From contig OZ242351.1 of assembly GCA_965208675.1 (NCBI GenBank), positions 4,256,001 to 4,320,000 of the forward strand: a stretch of DNA of 64,000 bases, read 5' to 3'. This DNA comes from Candidatus Poribacteria bacterium (GTDB lineage Bacteria > Poribacteria > WGA-4E > PCPOR2b). The translations under genes were made by a program, and so were the position numbers. Positions 60,151-64,000 of the stretch are shown here, in pieces. The stretch's first letter is position 1; each line of letters opens with the position of its first letter. The notes beneath the pieces were generated by a model. That model was given only the letters and a program-made list of their open reading frames with translations. It searched no databases and was not told the origin of the DNA.

Positions 60151-61416
60151 GTGAGAATTGCATTGACGACCTGGGGTTCAATCGGCGATGTCCAGCCATT
60201 TTTGGCGCTGGCGCGGAAGCTGCGCAATGCTGGCAATGAAATTCGAGTTTGTACTTCAGAGATTTACCGTGATCGCTTTATCGTGCACTCGGTTGACTTC
60301 CACGCGGTTGGCGTTCCCTTCGACTTCTATCGTATGCACCGCGTAATGGATAAGGCCGTAAAAATTAAAGACCCGCTCAGGTCGGCAATCTTACTTGTAA
60401 AAGACGGTATCCTGTACAAAGCGGAAAAGTGGTACCAAGACTGTTTCGAAGCAATGACAGGGCAAGATTTAGCAATCTGCCATTCTGCCGATATCGGAGG
60501 CCAGGAAGCGGCGATTAAACGGAACTTGCCGTGGATTAGTGTCAGCTACTGCCCCGGATTTGTCAAGACGACCGAGAATGCGCCGCACCCAATGCCGAAT
60601 CTTGGGAAACCGTTCAATGCGCTGGCTTGGAAGTTAGTTGAATGGCTGATGCTAAAACAGATCGATCCACTATTCAATGAATTTATCACGTCGATAGGCG
60701 GAAAGCCGCGCCGGCTATTCGGTTTGGACGGTATGTATGCGCCAGAGCTGAATCTCATCGCTGCGTCGCCCCATATCAGCAACCCGCCTCGCGATTTTCC
60801 GATAAAGCATAAATTCACGGGGCCGTGGTTTTTTGATGAGCCGGATTATGAACTTCCTCCGGACCTGTTGAATTTTTTGGATCGAGGCTCGCCGCCCGTT
60901 ATAATTACCTTCGGTTCCATGGGCGGAACTAAAAGCGTCGAAACTACGAAGCTACTCGTAGAAGCCGTTCAGCGTGCCGGCGAACGCGCCATCATCCAAG
61001 CTGGGTGGGGAAACCTTGGACTCGATAAAGCACCGGAAACAATCCATTTTGTCGGATTTGTGCCGCACGCCGCGCTTTTTCACCGAGGGTGCTGTGTCAT
61101 TCATCATGGCGGGGCAGGCACCACAGCATCAGCCTGCCGAGCCGGCGTGCCTTCAATTATTGTTCCACATCTCGCCACGGATCAGTCCTATTGGGGATTA
61201 ACGTTGTACAATTTGGGGGTTGCCCCTAAACCGCTGCATCGTTATGACATGACCGCTAAGCGGTTGTCGAAACGAATTGAGGCGGTGAAGTCTTCAAATT
61301 TCATGGCGGACAGAGCTAAAACACTAGGAAGGAAAGTTGAGGCTGAAGACGGATTGAGGACTGCGGTAGGGTTGATTCAGGAATTTGCTGCAAATCGGAA
61401 TTTAGCCGTCCATTAG
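60151..61416 (+). CDS. GT1 family glycosyltransferase (sterol/glycolipid glucosyltransferase-like)
   Basis: GSIGDVQPFLAL, ITFGSM, VPHAALF, HHGGAGTT, DQSYWG. Confidence 0.88.
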   Translation: MRIALTTWGSIGDVQPFLALARKLRNAGNEIRVCTSEIYRDRFIVHSVDFHAVGVPFDFYRMHRVMDKAVKIKDPLRSAILLVKDGILYKAEKWYQDCFEAMTGQDLAICHSADIGGQEAAIKRNLPWISVSYCPGFVKTTENAPHPMPNLGKPFNALAWKLVEWLMLKQIDPLFNEFITSIGGKPRRLFGLDGMYAPELNLIAASPHISNPPRDFPIKHKFTGPWFFDEPDYELPPDLLNFLDRGSPPVIITFGSMGGTKSVETTKLLVEAVQRAGERAIIQAGWGNLGLDKAPETIHFVGFVPHAALFHRGCCVIHHGGAGTTASACRAGVPSIIVPHLATDQSYWGLTLYNLGVAPKPLHRYDMTAKRLSKRIEAVKSSNFMADRAKTLGRKVEAEDGLRTAVGLIQEFAANRNLAVH

Positions 61417-61521
61417 GGTAAGGTTTAAATTTTTCGTAGTAACAGAGTGAGAAGCAGCAGCATCTAACGGCTGCCTCTTGCGCTGTGTCGAGATGAGGCT
61501 CACCAAAGATTGGAGTCCTTC

Positions 61522-62511
61522 ATGGCCGGCACTCGAATTCAAAAGGTTTTGGTCTTTAGTTTCAGCTTTATCGGCGATGCGGTTCTATCAACGGCAGTAA
61601 TCCAGCCACTGCGCCAGCGCTTTCCCGATGCGCAGATTGCATTTCTTGTCGGTGTGCGTGCGGCAAATCTATTTTCGGGCGCCCCACAGATTGATCAGGT
61701 GTTTGTTTACGATAATCACGGCGTACATTCCGGCTGGCGTGGGAAAGTTCGTCTCATCGAAATGCTGCGCCGCGAGAAATTTGATTTAGTGATAGATCTT
61801 CGGGATAGCATCTGGTCGAGGTTCGTTGGCAAAAAGCGTTGGGGCATAAAACTGAGAGGTGCGGATATGCACGCTGTGACGCGCTATCTCGACATACTGC
61901 ATCGGCATGGAGTGGACACCGCTGGGGCGCAGCCAAAACTAGAATTCACCGATGTGGAGCTTTCGAAACGGGACAAGTTTCTGGAGGAATGCGGTGTTGA
62001 TCGTAGTCGTTTGCTGATTGGGGTTCATCCCGGCGGAAATTGGATTTACAAATTGTGGTCACCGAAGAATTATGCGCGGATGTCGGACACGCTGCATGAA
62101 AGATGGAACGCTCAGATTCTGTTGTTCGCGGGACCGGACGAACAGCCATTGCTATCGGATGTGGTTTCCACAATGAACTACCAGCCAATCGTCGTAAAAA
62201 CTCAAGATTTGCGCCGAGTTGCAGCTTTGATAGAAGCGTGCAACCTTTATGTCGGAAACGATACGGGGCCGATGCACATCGCCGCCGCTGTTGGGATTCG
62301 TGTTGCCGCCATTTTCGGATCAACAAATTACCGCCGCAGCGGACCTTATGGAAAGGAACATACAGTTGTGCAAAGCCGACTTAATCTGGGTTGTAATCCG
62401 TGCCACCCCGGTAAACACCCCGGTAGTTGCGGGAAAAATAGTTGTGAAGTCATTGAGGCTTTATCCGTTGAGCAGGTGCTCTGTGCTATCGAAACCTTAA
62501 GGGCGGCATAA
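61522..62511 (+). CDS. GT9 family (LPS heptosyltransferase-like) glycosyltransferase
   Basis: FIGDAVL, HPGG..KLWS, GNDTGPMHIAAA, C-terminal CNPC. Confidence 0.9.
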   Translation: MAGTRIQKVLVFSFSFIGDAVLSTAVIQPLRQRFPDAQIAFLVGVRAANLFSGAPQIDQVFVYDNHGVHSGWRGKVRLIEMLRREKFDLVIDLRDSIWSRFVGKKRWGIKLRGADMHAVTRYLDILHRHGVDTAGAQPKLEFTDVELSKRDKFLEECGVDRSRLLIGVHPGGNWIYKLWSPKNYARMSDTLHERWNAQILLFAGPDEQPLLSDVVSTMNYQPIVVKTQDLRRVAALIEACNLYVGNDTGPMHIAAAVGIRVAAIFGSTNYRRSGPYGKEHTVVQSRLNLGCNPCHPGKHPGSCGKNSCEVIEALSVEQVLCAIETLRAA

Positions 62512-62724
62512 ACCATCGAATGAACAGATGCAATGCAGCGCGAGAAATAACTTAAGCTCCCGGAATGGCTTCAGAGTCAATCTACATTGCCAAATTACGG
62601 AGGGTTGTAACTCAGAAACTCGCACCTTACAGATTATGCACGACGCATTACGAGGCATTTCCGAACGCCGCATTACATGGATACCGAAGATGACTTGCGG
62701 CAGATAACCATGAGGTGAAAAATT

Positions 62725-64000
62725 ATGGCATTTCCATCATACGGTGACACCCATCGTTCAACCGTAACCGGCACGCGCGGCATGATTGCGAGTGCGCACC
62801 CCCTCGCGAGTTTGGCGGGCGCGCGTATTCTGCTTCAGGGCGGCAACGCTTTTGATGCGGCGATCACTGTCGCATCGACGCTCAACGTTGTTGAGCCATA
62901 CATGTCTGGCATCGCGGGAAACGGGTACATGCTGCTCTATAGTGCCGAAGAGCAGACTATCCGAGTGCTCGACTACGTGGGCACAAGTCCGTACAATGCA
63001 TCGCGCGGCGCCTTTAGAACTCCGGAGGTTATGGATGTCGGCATACGGTCAGGGATGGTTCCCGGGGCATGCGGCGGTTGGATGGCGGCACTCGATCGAT
63101 ACGGCAGCATGAGCCGGGAAGAAATCTTTGCGCCGGCGATTGAACTCGCGGAAAATGGTTATGCAGTCACCGTCAAAAACGCCTATTTTATGGCGGAAGT
63201 AGCGCCGCGTTTATCGCCCACCGCCGAGAAGGTCATCATGGCGCGCGGACGGACGCCGTTGCCCGGTGAGCTTCTGGTACAGAAAGACCTCGCCCGAACC
63301 CTCCGAAAGGTCGTTGAGGGTGGGGCGGAAGTCTTTTATCGCGGCGAAATTGCCCAGCAGATTGCTCAATTTTGCCGCGAAAACGATGGGTTAATTACCG
63401 AGCAGGATTTAGCCGATTTTCGCGTCGAATGGCAGGAACCGATTTCGGCTTCCTACAAGGGATATGAGATATACTGCCCGCCGCCGCCGTGTTCAGGCTT
63501 CCAATATTTAGAAACACTCAATATTCTGGAGAACGACGAACTCAAAGATTTGGGGCACAACTCAACGGAATCTCTCCATCTGCTGATTGAAGCCATTCGG
63601 CTTGCGAGCGCGGACCGAGCGGAGTACGCCTGTGTGCCCGATTCGCCAATTACCGGACTGCTCTCCAAAGGTTATGCTGCCGCACTGCGGGAACGGATTG
63701 GCAGCCGGGCATCAGTAAGCGGCGGCGAGCGTTATACGAAAGAGAAATTACCCGGCGAGGTGATAGCAGGCGACCCCAGTGAATGGATGCGTGAATGCAC
63801 AACGCACTTCGATGTGGTTGACAGCTTGGGCAACGCGGTTGCGGTGACGCAGAGCATCGGACACCCCTTCGGCTCTGGAACGATTCTCGGCGAAACCGGG
63901 ATGTTCCTAAATAATTTCATCAACTGGTTCGATTTTCTGCCGGAGAGCCCTAATGTCATCGCGCCGCACAAAAGGATTGAGATGTGCATGTCCCCCTGCC
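62725..64000 (+). CDS. ggt: Gamma-glutamyltransferase, 3' end outside the window
   Basis: Manual translation from ATG 62725: GMIASAHPLASLAG..ILLQGGNAFDAA..LNVVEPYMSG, autocleavage CTTHFDVVD..GNAVAVTQS, GMFLNN. Confidence 0.9.
   Translation, partial: MAFPSYGDTHRSTVTGTRGMIASAHPLASLAGARILLQGGNAFDAAITVASTLNVVEPYMSGIAGNGYMLLYSAEEQTIRVLDYVGTSPYNASRGAFRTPEVMDVGIRSGMVPGACGGWMAALDRYGSMSREEIFAPAIELAENGYAVTVKNAYFMAEVAPRLSPTAEKVIMARGRTPLPGELLVQKDLARTLRKVVEGGAEVFYRGEIAQQIAQFCRENDGLITEQDLADFRVEWQEPISASYKGYEIYCPPPPCSGFQYLETLNILENDELKDLGHNSTESLHLLIEAIRLASADRAEYACVPDSPITGLLSKGYAAALRERIGSRASVSGGERYTKEKLPGEVIAGDPSEWMRECTTHFDVVDSLGNAVAVTQSIGHPFGSGTILGETGMFLNNFINWFDFLPESPNVIAPHKRIEMCMSPC

Overview
Bacterial chromosomal window, most likely Candidatus Poribacteria. 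This is inferred from the paralogous LamG/TolB proteins sharing a C-terminal 'VxPxxKLATTWxxIK' motif, two phytanoyl-CoA dioxygenases and a DUF6785-type membrane protein. Housekeeping core: uvrC, groESL, mazG, the tRNA-tadA-ffs(large SRP RNA)-dnaX-ybaB-recR block, nine tRNAs, PolX, a sigma54 response regulator, a GT9-GT1-GT9 cluster and a partial ggt. Accessory parts: a five-gene LamG array, several MITE/REP-like repeat families, and a repeat-bounded island (about 39.1-46.7 kb) beside the tRNA cluster. The island carries a DarT-NADAR toxin-antitoxin pair, decayed defence-like genes and an uncharacterised two-gene ParB-like operon (CTPase-type ParB plus an N-terminally truncated ParB-like partner, no ParA) preceded by a cluster of AATGCTCA repeats. 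That operon is the best candidate for an undescribed system. Also notable: sigma54 promoters with enhancer-like sites ahead of groESL and a DUF4159 gene, a polymerase-dead PolX, and two genes inactivated by internal deletions. No CRISPR, rRNA, integrase or reverse transcriptase was seen. All family calls come from motif recognition, not database searches.
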